From Trichodesmium erythraeum IMS101 (lineage in GTDB: Bacteria > Cyanobacteriota > Cyanobacteriia > Cyanobacteriales > Microcoleaceae), in NCBI RefSeq assembly GCF_000014265.1, contig NC_008312.1:4710001-4742000 (forward strand): a stretch of 32,000 nucleotides of DNA. The letters are read 5' to 3'. This document shows, in pieces, positions 8,688 to 16,583 of the stretch. The translations under genes and the position numbers were made by a program. How positions within the stretch are numbered: the stretch's first letter is position 1; each line of letters begins with the position of its first letter. The notes beneath the pieces are model-generated. The model was not told the DNA's origin, ran no database searches, and saw only the letters and a list, made by a program, of their open reading frames with translations.

Positions 8688-9199
8688 ATGGCTATTGCAA
8701 ATTTTTCTGTTCTCGGCAATATAGGTTCTTGGATGGGTTTTCCCGTTGTGGATCAAGTTGTGGATCAAATCAATTCCTTGAAAAAAGAAGTAAATTGTTT
8801 ATCTGAGGTTTCCACTTCTACTATCAATGGTAAAGTTACTTCTACTATAAATGGTAAAGTACAAGAAATAGAGTTTACACCAGAGGTTGAAATCCACGAA
8901 AACAATAATGGTATTGATTTAAGACTGGAAATACCAGGTTTAGAATTTCAAGGTTTAGGTCTACAAGTGAATGCTGAAAGAGTAGAAATTAAAGGAAAAA
9001 ATCGCCAAGACACTGAAGTAGAAGAACAAGATTAAGTTCGTTATGAATTTCATTATGGTGCTTTCCAACGCAGAATTTCTCTACCAGTTAGGGTTCAAAA
9101 TAACCTGGTAAAGGCTGACTATAAAGATAGTTTTTGCACATACATTTACCTAAAAGTGAAGCTGATAAAAATCAAGTTGTGAAGGTAAATGTTGGCTAA
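8688..9199 (+). pseudogene. Hsp20 family, type I copy 1: 115-aa ORF ended by in-frame TAA (9033-9035), with the C-terminal half still recognisable downstream
   Basis: GGAGG lies 8 nt upstream of the ATG. The ORF ends ...KGKNRQDTEVEEQD-TAA where intact copies read ...EEQD-TTG (L). Downstream the sequence continues in frame as VRYEFHYGAFQRRISLPVRVQNNLVKADYKD. A 1-nt deletion (gatagtttttgcaca versus gatggtattttgcat) then shifts the frame before the ancestral stop at 9197-9199. Confidence 0.85.
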
Positions 9200-9365
9200 A
9201 TATTAGTCATTGAGAATGATGGAATGAACTGAAAAAAAAGAGTAGGGAAAGTACCTGAGTTTGTTTCTCGTTTCCCTCACTTACTCAACACATAATTTAC
9301 TCTAAAGTAGAAAAAGAAATAAGAAATTAATCGTACATAAAACATAAATTTCGGAGGTAATAAAG

Positions 9366-9877
9366 ATGGCTATTGCAAATTTTTCTGTTCTCGGCAATAT
9401 AGGTTCTTTGATGGGTTTTCCTATTGTGGATCAAGTTGTGGATCAAATCAATTCCTTGAAAAAAGAAGTAAATTGTTTATCTGAGGTTTCCACTTCTACT
9501 ATCAATGGTAAAGTTACTTCTACTATAAATGGTAAAGTACAAGAAATAGAGTTTACACCAGAGGTTGAAATCCACGAAAACAATAATGGTATTGATTTAA
9601 GACTGGAAATACCAGGTTTAGAATTTCAAGGTTTAGGTCTACAAGTGAATGCTGAAAGAGTAGAAATTAAAGGAAAAAATCGCCAAGACACTGAAGTAGA
9701 AGAACAAGATTAAGTTCGTTATGAATTTCATTATGGTGCTTTCTAACAAAGAATTTCTCTACCAGTTAGAGCTCAAAATGACCAGATAAAGGCTGACTAT
9801 AAAGATGGTTTTTGCACATACATTTACCTAAAAGTGAAGCTGATAAAAATCAAGTTGTGAAGGTAAATGTTGGCTAA
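9366..9877 (+). pseudogene. Hsp20 family, type I copy 2 (same TAA allele, further decayed tail)
   Basis: The 115-aa ORF differs from copy 1 at 2 residues. It carries the same TAA at 9711-9713. The tail has a second stop (ggtgctttcTAAcaaaga) and the same 1-nt deletion. Confidence 0.85.
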
Positions 9878-10044
9878 ATATTAGTCATTGAGAATGATGG
9901 AATGAACTGAAAAAAAAGAGTAGGGAAAGTACCTGAGTTTGTTTCTCGTTTCCCTCACTTACTCAACACATAATTTACTCTAAAGTAGAAAAAGAAATAA
10001 GAAATTAATCGTACATAAAACATAAATTTCGGAGGTAATTAAAG

Positions 10045-10556
10045 ATGGCTATTGCAAATTTATCTGTTCTCGGCAATATAGGTTCTTGGATGGGTTTTCC
10101 TATTGTGGATCAAGTTGTGGATCAAATCAATTCCTTGAAAAAAGAAGTAAATTGTTTATCTGAGGTTTCCACTTCTACTATCAATGGTAAAGTTACTTCT
10201 ACTATAAATGGTAAAGTACAAGAAATAGAGTTTACACCAGAGGTTGAAATCCACGAAAACAATAATGGTATTGATTTAAGACTGGAAATACCAGGTTTAG
10301 ACTTTCAAGGTTTAGGTCTACAAGTGAATGCTGAAAGAGTAGAAATTAAAGGAAAAAATCGCCAAGACACTGAAGTAGAAGAACAAGATTAAGTTCGTTA
10401 TGAATTTCATTATGGTGCTTTCTAACAAAGAATTTCTCTACCAGTTAGAGCTCAAAATGACCAGGTAAAGGCTGACTATAAAGATGGTATTTTGCATATA
10501 TATTTACCTAAAAGTAAAGCTGATAAAATCAAGTGATGAAAGTCAATGTTGGCTAA
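10045..10556 (+). pseudogene. Hsp20 family, type I copy 3 (same TAA allele)
   Basis: The 115-aa ORF is identical to the ORF at 11367. TAA lies at 10390-10392. The tail has an extra TAA and indels near aaatcaagtgatgaaag. Confidence 0.85.
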
Positions 10557-10722
10557 ATATTAGTCATTGAGAAAGATGGAATGAACTGAAAAAAAAGAGT
10601 AGGGAAACTACCTGAGTTTGTTTCTCGTTTCCCTCACTTACTCAACACATAATTTACTCTAAAGTAAAAAGAGAAAGAAGAAATTAATCATACATAGAAC
10701 AAAATTTTCGGAGGTAATAAAT

Positions 10723-11199
10723 ATGGCTATTGTTAGTTTTCCTATGGTGGGGGATATAGATTCTTTTATGACTTTTCCTCTTGTGCGTAGAAACAATTCC
10801 TTGAAAAAAGAAATGAATTGTTTATCTGAGGTTTTCACTTCTGCTATAAATGGTAAAGCTAAAGAAATAGTATTTACACCAGCGGTGGAAATCTACGAAA
10901 ATAATGATGCTATTGATTTAAGGCTGGAAATACCAGGTTTAGAAGTTAAAGATTTAGATGTACAAGTGACTGCTGAAGCAGTAGAAATTAAAGGAAAACG
11001 TCGTCAAGAAACTGAAACGGAAGAACAAGACTTGGTTCGTTCTGAATTTCATTATGGTGCTTTCCAACGCAGAATTTCTCTACCAGTTAGAGTTCAAAAT
11101 AACCTGGTAAAGGCTGACTATAAAGATGGTATTTTGCATATACATTTACCTAAAAGTGAAGCTGATAAAAATCAAGTTGTGAAGGTCAATGTTGGCTAA
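10723..11199 (+). CDS. Hsp20/alpha-crystallin small heat-shock protein, type II (158 aa, intact)
   Basis: Complete ACD: FTPAVEIYENNDAIDLRLEIPGLEVKDLDVQVTAEAVEIKGKRRQE...LVRSEFHYGAFQRRISLPVRVQNNLVKADYKDGILHIHLPKSE. This matches the canonical sHSP pattern (PGv..eDi.V......l.I.G.r......ER.yG.F.R...LP..v....v.A.y.dGvL.i.lPK). GGAGG RBS present. Confidence 0.93.
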   Translation: MAIVSFPMVGDIDSFMTFPLVRRNNSLKKEMNCLSEVFTSAINGKAKEIVFTPAVEIYENNDAIDLRLEIPGLEVKDLDVQVTAEAVEIKGKRRQETETEEQDLVRSEFHYGAFQRRISLPVRVQNNLVKADYKDGILHIHLPKSEADKNQVVKVNVG

Positions 11200-11366
11200 A
11201 TATTAGTCATTGAGAATGATGGAATGAACTGAAAAAAAAGAGTAGGGAAACTACCTGAGTTTGTTTCTCGTTTCCCTCACTTACTCAACACATAATCTAC
11301 TCTAAAGTAGAAAAAGAAATAAGAAATTAATCGTACATAAAACATAAATTTCGGAGGTAATTAAAA

Positions 11367-11891
11367 ATGGCTATTGCAAATTTGTCTGTTCTCGGCAATA
11401 TAGGTTCTTGGATGGGTTTTCCTATTGTGGATCAAGTTGTGGATCAAATCAATTCCTTGAAAAAAGAAGTAAATTGTTTATCTGAGGTTTCCACTTCTAC
11501 TATCAATGGTAAAGTTACTTCTACTATAAATGGTAAAGTACAAGAAATAGAGTTTACACCAGAGGTTGAAATCCACGAAAACAATAATGGTATTGATTTA
11601 AGACTGGAAATACCAGGTTTAGACTTTCAAGGTTTAGGTCTACAAGTGAATGCTGAAAGAGTAGAAATTAAAGGAAAAAATCGCCAAGATACTGAAGTAG
11701 AAGAACAAGATTAAGTTCGTTATGAATTTCATTATGGTGTTTTCTAACAAAGAATTTCTCTACCAGTTAGAGCTCAAAATGACCAGGTAAAAGCTGACTA
11801 TAAAGATGGTATTTAAAGATGGTATTTTGCATATATATTTACCTAAAAGTGAAGCTGATAAAATCAAGTGATGAAAGTCAATGTTGGCTAA
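11367..11891 (+). pseudogene. Hsp20 family, type I copy 4 (same TAA allele, plus a 13-bp tandem duplication in the tail)
   Basis: The 115-aa ORF is 100% identical to copy 3. TAA lies at 11712-11714. The tail contains ctataaagatggtatttaaagatggtattttgc, a duplicated aaagatggtattt. Confidence 0.85.
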
Positions 11892-12058
11892 ATATTAGTC
11901 ATTGAGAATGATGGAATGAACTGAAAAAAAAAGAGTAGGGAAACTACCTGAGTTTGTTTCTCGTTTCCCTCACTTACTCAACACATAATTTACTCTAAAG
12001 TAAAAAGAGAAAGAAGAAATTAATCATACATATAACAAAATTTTCGGAGGTAATAAAT

Positions 12059-12535
12059 ATGGCTATTGTTAGTTTTCCTATGGTGGGCGATATAGACTCT
12101 TTTATGACTTTTCCTCTTGTGCGTAGAAACAATTCCTTGAAAAAAGAAATGAATTGTTTATCTGAGGTTTTCACTTCTGCTATAAATGGTAAAGCTAAAG
12201 AAATAGTATTTACACCAGCGGTGGAAATCTACGAAAATAATGATGCTATTGATTTAAGGCTGGAAATACCAGGTTTAGAAGTTAAAGATTTAGATGTACA
12301 AGTGACTGCTGAAGCATTAGAAATTAAAGGAAAACGTCGTCAAGAAACTGAAACACAAGAACAAAATTTGGTTCGTTCTGAATTTCATTATGGTGCTTTC
12401 CAACGCAGAATTTCTCTACCAGTTAGAGTTCAAAATAACCTGGTAAAGGCTGACTATAAAGATGGTATTTTGCATATACATTTACCTAAAAGTGAAGCTG
12501 ATAAAAATCAAGTTGTGAAGGTCAATGTTGGCTAA
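12059..12535 (+). CDS. Hsp20/alpha-crystallin small heat-shock protein, type II (158 aa, intact)
   Basis: Differs from the 10723 copy at 3 residues (V/L, E/Q, D/N). Same leader variant (gggaaaCtacc..., ...aaaattttcggaggtaataaat). Confidence 0.93.
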   Translation: MAIVSFPMVGDIDSFMTFPLVRRNNSLKKEMNCLSEVFTSAINGKAKEIVFTPAVEIYENNDAIDLRLEIPGLEVKDLDVQVTAEALEIKGKRRQETETQEQNLVRSEFHYGAFQRRISLPVRVQNNLVKADYKDGILHIHLPKSEADKNQVVKVNVG

Positions 12536-12703
12536 ATATTAGTCATTGAGAATGATGGAATGAACTGAAAAAAAAAGAGTAGGGAAACTACCTGAGTTTG
12601 TTTCTCGTTTCCCTCACTTACTCAACACATAATCTACTCTAAAGTAGAAAAAGAAATAAGAAATTAATCGTACATAAAACATAAATTTCGGAGGTAATTA
12701 AAA

Positions 12704-13204
12704 ATGGCTATTGCAAATTTGTCTGTTCTCGGCGATCTAGATTCTTGGATGGGTTTTCCTACTGTGGAGCAAATCAATTCCTTGAAAAAAGAAATCAACT
12801 ATTTATCTGAGGTTTCCACTTCTACTGTAAATGGTAAAGTTACTTCTATTATAAATGGTAAAGTCAAAGAAATAATGTTTACTCCAGCAGTCGAAATCCA
12901 CGAAAATAATGATGCTATTGATTTAAGGCTAGAAATACCAGGTTTAGAAGTTAAAGATTTAGATGTACAAGTGACTGCTGAAGCAGTAGAAATTAAAGGA
13001 AAACGTCGTCAAGAAACTGAAACACAAGAACAAAATTTGGTTCGTTCTGAATTTCATTATGGTGCTTTCCAACGCAGAATTTCTCTACCAGTTAGAGTTC
13101 AAAATAACCTGGTAAAGGCTGACTATAAAGATGGTATTTTGCATATACATTTACCTAAAAGTGAAGCTGATAAAAATCAAGTTGTGAAGGTCAATGTTGG
13201 CTAA
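12704..13204 (+). CDS. Hsp20/alpha-crystallin small heat-shock protein, chimeric type (166 aa, intact)
   Basis: The N-terminus resembles type I (MAIANLSVLG..., TSTVNGKVTSIINGKV duplication, type I leader). From about AVEIHENNDAIDLRL onward it is essentially type II and includes the full C-terminal half. Confidence 0.93.
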   Translation: MAIANLSVLGDLDSWMGFPTVEQINSLKKEINYLSEVSTSTVNGKVTSIINGKVKEIMFTPAVEIHENNDAIDLRLEIPGLEVKDLDVQVTAEAVEIKGKRRQETETQEQNLVRSEFHYGAFQRRISLPVRVQNNLVKADYKDGILHIHLPKSEADKNQVVKVNVG

Positions 13205-13631
13205 ATATTAGTCATTGAGAATGATGGAATGAACTGAAAAAAAAAGAGTAGGGAAACTACCTGAGTTTGTTTCTCGTTTCCCTCTCTTACTCAATACTAA
13301 ATCTAGTCTAAAGTAGAAGGAGAAAACTCATCTGGGGTTTTCACTTCTACTATTTTTGGTAAAATCAAAGAAATAGCTTTGATACCAGGAAGTGTTGATA
13401 CCACTAAAGGTGAATTAAGATCTTTTTATGATTATTTTCTAGAGCACCGGAACTCTCGCCTATTCGGTTAAAATAAAATCTGATGGGTTAATTTCCGGGG
13501 CATCTTCTAAGGTAGCTATTTTGCCACCACCGCCAAAACCCGGTAGCCGACCTTGGCATTGTAATATAAGTCTCCGGTGGCGCGATCGTAAACGATGTCT
13601 GCTACAGATCTCGAAACGGCTTTTTTGTTTT

Positions 13632-14542
13632 TACAGCAATTTTCAGGTAAATAGACCACAGTGGTTGAACCAACCGAAGGCATCATCTTCAGTAATGAAA
13701 TTTACAACTTCAGCCATTGCTTGCTCCAGTGATTCATGGGTACGTGCCTCACAAGAACGGAGAAATTGCTTCAGTTTCGACCAACAAAGCTCAATAGGTG
13801 ATAAATCAGTAGTAAGACCTGGGTTTAATAAAGTGATAAATACCTCAGTATTTGTACTTCCTGGTACAGTCATCGACGCAATCAGTCCATCCAGGTTCAA
13901 AGCACCAATCAAAGAAACATTTCCACCCTTGCTACCTGGGATACTACCAACAGCTCGTTCCCCATCTACGGCTCTGGCGAATAAACGAGACATTGACAAA
14001 TTTATTCGGGCTTCATCAACAAATACTAAATTTCTGACATCAATTTTATCTAACCAACGTCGATAGTCATGTCTTAACTCTTGGACTCTTGGGGTATCTT
14101 GCTCACTGGCATAAAGACTTTTTTTTTGCACCGTAAGCCTAATTTTTCTACGGCGCGATGCATTGTGGAGATACTCACCCTAATTCCTGTTGTTTCTTGA
14201 TAGCGAGCGCATAATTCTCTCAGCAATAAGTCATTTTTCTCCTCTACCAGAGATTTGATGATGTTGAGATTATCATAGGAAATTATTGGCTGCTGATATC
14301 CTCCACGTCGTTTGGCCTCAATTTGTCCAAGAGTGACGATAATGACGCAACAAATTTTCGTACCATAGACAAGCTGACCTTAAATCTTTCAGCCAACTGA
14401 CGTTGAGAGCCTTCTTTTGCTTCCCAAGCTATAATCACGCGACGACGCAAATCACTCGAATACGATACTGGCATTAAATTTAACAATTACATCAAACCCA
14501 TTTTACCGCACTTTGTGGTTCAATTACCTGAAAAGTGCTGTA
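13632..14542 (-). mobile_element. IS630-family element, type 2, copy A (911 bp, internally deleted)
   Basis: Ends are TAcagcaattttcaggtaaatagaccaca... and ...tgtggttcaattacctgaaaagtgctgTA, an imperfect IR of about 30 bp flanked by TA. It is 121 bp shorter than copy C (1032 bp). Confidence 0.85.
13643..14486 (-). pseudogene. IS630 type 2 transposase, fragmented and deleted (copy A)
   Basis: The HTH part is MPVSYSSDLRRRVIIAWEAKEGSQRQLAERFKVSLSMV. This is followed by frame changes, including at an A-run (T10, 14119-14128, on the plus strand; T9 in copies B and C). The 162-aa ORF reads ...VFVDEARINLSM...NPGLTT-DLSPIELCWSKLKQF and lacks the DNL...PPYSP block that is present, though frameshifted, in copies B and C. 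Confidence 0.8.
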
Positions 14543-14658
14543 ATGTCGCTTGTTCCAGATGCTTTACAAATTACAATGATTATTTTTGGAATTAATATTT
14601 TAGACATTTTTGCCCAAGGTCAAATAACCTTAAACAGTCAATTGCAAGATAAAGAATT

Positions 14659-16017
14659 TTAAGAAATAATAGACTTTGTGCTGCTTACCTTTCTGTCTGT
14701 ATTTTTTTGATAATCCCAAATCTGTTTCCCAATAAGACCAATACCTGCAATAGCAACAACTGCACCACCTGTAGAAATAGCAGAAACAATAGCAGCTCCA
14801 GCAACTACTCCACCACCACCTGCAGCTAATGTGCCACCTCCTAACCAAGCTAACGCAGCATTTGTAGCTGCTGCTCCACTTAAAGAACCAATCGCCGTCC
14901 CTGTGGAAGCTGCTGCCCCTAAAGTAGATGCAACAGTAACTACTGTACCTGCTGAAGCTCCTGCACAAACCATTGCACCTCCGGTAACCATTGCTGCTGT
15001 TGGTATTGCTTTTTGAATAATAAATTTTTGCCATTCTGGGGAAATTTCCACCCAAACTGCTTGAATAACTGAAGCACTTAATAAAACTGCTCCTAATGGT
15101 GGATATATAATTACAACAGTTGTGATTATACCTGAAGTGAATGCTTTTAGTCCTACCTGATTAATCGCTTCTTCAAGAGTCATTTTATCCTGTAAAACTT
15201 GAATCAGAACAGGAATAACTGATTCTGCCAACGTAAAGCCCAAAGCTGCAAAAGCATTTCCTCCCATTAACCTTTGAATAACTTTGATAGCAGTACCTCG
15301 AATAAAACCACTTTTTAAACCATTTATAGCTACTTCAAGGAATTTTTCCAGTTCAGCTTTATCAAGCGCTTGCTCTCCTCTACAATAAGCTGCAATAGTT
15401 TTGATAGACCGGAGCAAAATATTAATAGTAGTGTTAATTGACGCACCTGTAATGCCAGCTCCTCCTACTTCTCCTACTAGTGCAGCACCTTCCATTAAGT
15501 TAGCAGCTAAATATGGATTTTCAGCAACCCAAACAGCAAAGCCTTTACTAATAGGAAAACTTTTTATCCCATCTACGTTAATTATAGTTTTTGTTCCATA
15601 TAAACTAGGATTTTCTGAATTAGTAAGTATATCACTTTTGTAGTGTCCAGAATTAACTTGTTTTTCTACATATTCAGAGGTACCTACTTTAGCTTGAATT
15701 TCTTCTATAACCTTTCCTACTTTTTCAACATAAATATCAGGGGCATACTTAGTTCCATCTGCGGGGATTTGATAAGCACGAGTTTCAAAGCCTTGTAGTG
15801 AAGCTCTAATATTGAAACCAATTGTTTGTAAATGTTCAAAGGCAAAACCAAATGCTTGTGGATTTTCAGTAACTTGATGATTATAGCTGTTAATTAGGCC
15901 TGAACCTGGTTCTAGTATTTTTGCAGCTCCGTCTTGAACAGCTTCTACTACTGCTGATATGTTTCTAGTTGTTTCAGGAATTAGACCATTGATAATAGAA
16001 TCAATTTTATCTTTCAT
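14659..16017 (-). CDS. Hypothetical 452-aa protein: soluble N-domain (possible PD-(D/E)xK / Mrr-like fold) plus C-terminal multi-helix Gly/Ala-zipper membrane region
   Basis: This is the long 473-aa ORF in the track. The likely start is the internal ATG at 16017 (MKDKIDSIINGL). The N-domain reads ...FGFAFEHLQTIGFN...(33 aa)...APDIYVEKVGKVIEEIQAKVG, an E...D...QxK spacing like Mrr-type nuclease cores. The C-terminal approximately 230 aa are hydrophobic, with runs such as GGAMVCAGASAGTVVTVASTLGAAASTGTAIGSLSGAAATNAALAWLGGGTLAAGGGGVVAGAAIVSAISTGGAVVAIAGIGLIG. Confidence 0.7.
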   Translation of the reverse strand: MKDKIDSIINGLIPETTRNISAVVEAVQDGAAKILEPGSGLINSYNHQVTENPQAFGFAFEHLQTIGFNIRASLQGFETRAYQIPADGTKYAPDIYVEKVGKVIEEIQAKVGTSEYVEKQVNSGHYKSDILTNSENPSLYGTKTIINVDGIKSFPISKGFAVWVAENPYLAANLMEGAALVGEVGGAGITGASINTTINILLRSIKTIAAYCRGEQALDKAELEKFLEVAINGLKSGFIRGTAIKVIQRLMGGNAFAALGFTLAESVIPVLIQVLQDKMTLEEAINQVGLKAFTSGIITTVVIIYPPLGAVLLSASVIQAVWVEISPEWQKFIIQKAIPTAAMVTGGAMVCAGASAGTVVTVASTLGAAASTGTAIGSLSGAAATNAALAWLGGGTLAAGGGGVVAGAAIVSAISTGGAVVAIAGIGLIGKQIWDYQKNTDRKVSSTKSIIS

Positions 16018-16161
16018 TATAATTTTAGAAAATAGAGAGCTTTTCTTGTTATTATAAAACACATAATTGTTTGCAAACAACAGAATATTTACTGAATTCC
16101 GATATTTTTTTTATATTCAGATTGCTTTCATTGTTCGCCGACTAAGAAGCGAGTACAATCT

Positions 16162-16524
16162 CTATAATAACATTATAATTGCCCACTCGACACAATATTC
16201 TACTGCTTTGTACAAAAGTTCTTTAAGAGCTACTTCAGCTATAATTTTTGAGTATTTAAGCCAAAATGAGTCTGAAGAATATTGAGAAAGCGCCCAATCA
16301 ATACAATAGTCTACTGTTTTGTATAAAAAGTCTTTCGTATTTTTTTTAAATGAAGTTTCTAACAGCATAGGCCATAAATCCTTAGATTTATTTGCAGCAA
16401 ATCTTGACAGAGAAACAGCAGATTTTGATAGAGACTCGGTAGACTTTGATAGAGATTTGGCAGATTCTAATGAATACCTAAAAGTTTTTCCACTAAAAGA
16501 TTCTAAGCCTTTCCAGAATGACAT
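16162..16524 (-). CDS. Hypothetical 120-aa protein with internal repeats
   Basis: Co-oriented and 59 bp downstream of the 103-aa gene. It contains heptad repeats SLESAKS/LSKSTES/LSKSAVS encoded by approximately 21-bp tandem repeats. It also has a duplicated motif: FLYKTVDYCIDWA and LLYKAVEYCVEWA. Confidence 0.5.
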   Translation of the reverse strand: MSFWKGLESFSGKTFRYSLESAKSLSKSTESLSKSAVSLSRFAANKSKDLWPMLLETSFKKNTKDFLYKTVDYCIDWALSQYSSDSFWLKYSKIIAEVALKELLYKAVEYCVEWAIIMLL

Positions 16525-16583
16525 TTTTCAATATTAAAATTTTTTAATGATATTTATTTAACAAGATTTATTATTTCTCAATA

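Larger units (their letters stand above)
8400..13400 (+). repeat. Tandem array of hsp20 gene units: 1 mini-unit, 7 full units and a terminal relic
   Basis: Unit starts (ATG) are at 8688, 9366, 10045, 10723, 11367, 12059 and 12704, with spacings of 678, 679, 678, 644, 692 and 645 bp. Each unit consists of a CDS and a conserved spacer/leader of about 165-190 bp: ggcTAAatattagtcattgagaatgatggaatgaactgA(8-10)gagtagggaaa...tttccctcacttactcaac...cggaggtaat. There are two unit types (I and II) and a 1.32-1.34 kb I+II super-repeat (10045-11366 and 11367-12703). Confidence 0.95.
13460..14607 (-). pseudogene. Small ORF/relic with an RTX-type C-terminal tail motif, split by IS630 type 2 copy A
   Basis: ATG on the minus strand lies at 14607: MSKILIPKIIIVICKASGTSDI. 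Removing the IS and one TA continues the ORF in frame: KNKKAVSRSVADIVYDRATGDLYYNAKVGY... Another frame gives GGGGKIATLEDAPEINPSDFILTE*. This resembles the usual ...vYd..tG.LfYn.nG...GFG.GG.fAtL.g.P.l...DF.i tail of cyanobacterial calcium-binding/RTX-like proteins, so a frameshift is also present. Confidence 0.35.

Noticed and set aside
8590-8690. Possible RNA thermometer: UUCCCUC in the spacer could pair with the GAGGUAA Shine-Dalgarno region
   Set aside because: Only about 6 of 7 pairs form, about 80 nt apart. The candidate promoter (TTACTC...TAAAGT) would place the transcription start downstream of the putative anti-SD. I cannot evaluate folding without computation, so it is left as unsupported.
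8688-13204. Regular periodic repeats might be a CRISPR-like or other non-coding array
   Set aside because: The period is about 645-692 bp. Each unit is a protein-coding gene with an RBS and a recognisable alpha-crystallin domain. There are no short direct repeats alternating with unique spacers, and no cas genes.
8688-13204. Paralogue variability could reflect a diversity-generating retroelement
   Set aside because: Differences between type I and type II units involve all four bases and both transitions and transversions (e.g. gag/gcg, cac/tac, ggt/gat, aga/gca). They are not adenine-specific. No reverse transcriptase or template repeat is present in the window.
13521-14066. Plus-strand ORFs antisense to IS630 type 2 transposases (also 13852..14037, 18729..19007, 18793..18978, 29519..29797, 29583..29768)
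   Set aside because: They recur only because the IS recurs. The minus-strand frames carry the recognisable IS630 motifs.
14630-15643. Track ORFs 14630..15055(-), 14831..15016(+) and 15401..15643(+)
   Set aside because: They are alternative or antisense frames of the Gly/Ala-rich part of the 452-aa gene. The Cys/Trp/Arg-rich or Pro/Ala-rich products are typical frame artefacts of GCN/GGN-rich coding sequence.
16067-16537. Track ORFs 16067..16285(+) and 16319..16537(+)
   Set aside because: They are antisense to the 120-aa cassette gene and its spacer. The minus-strand ORF fits the operon layout better. The calls remain uncertain because all are short.
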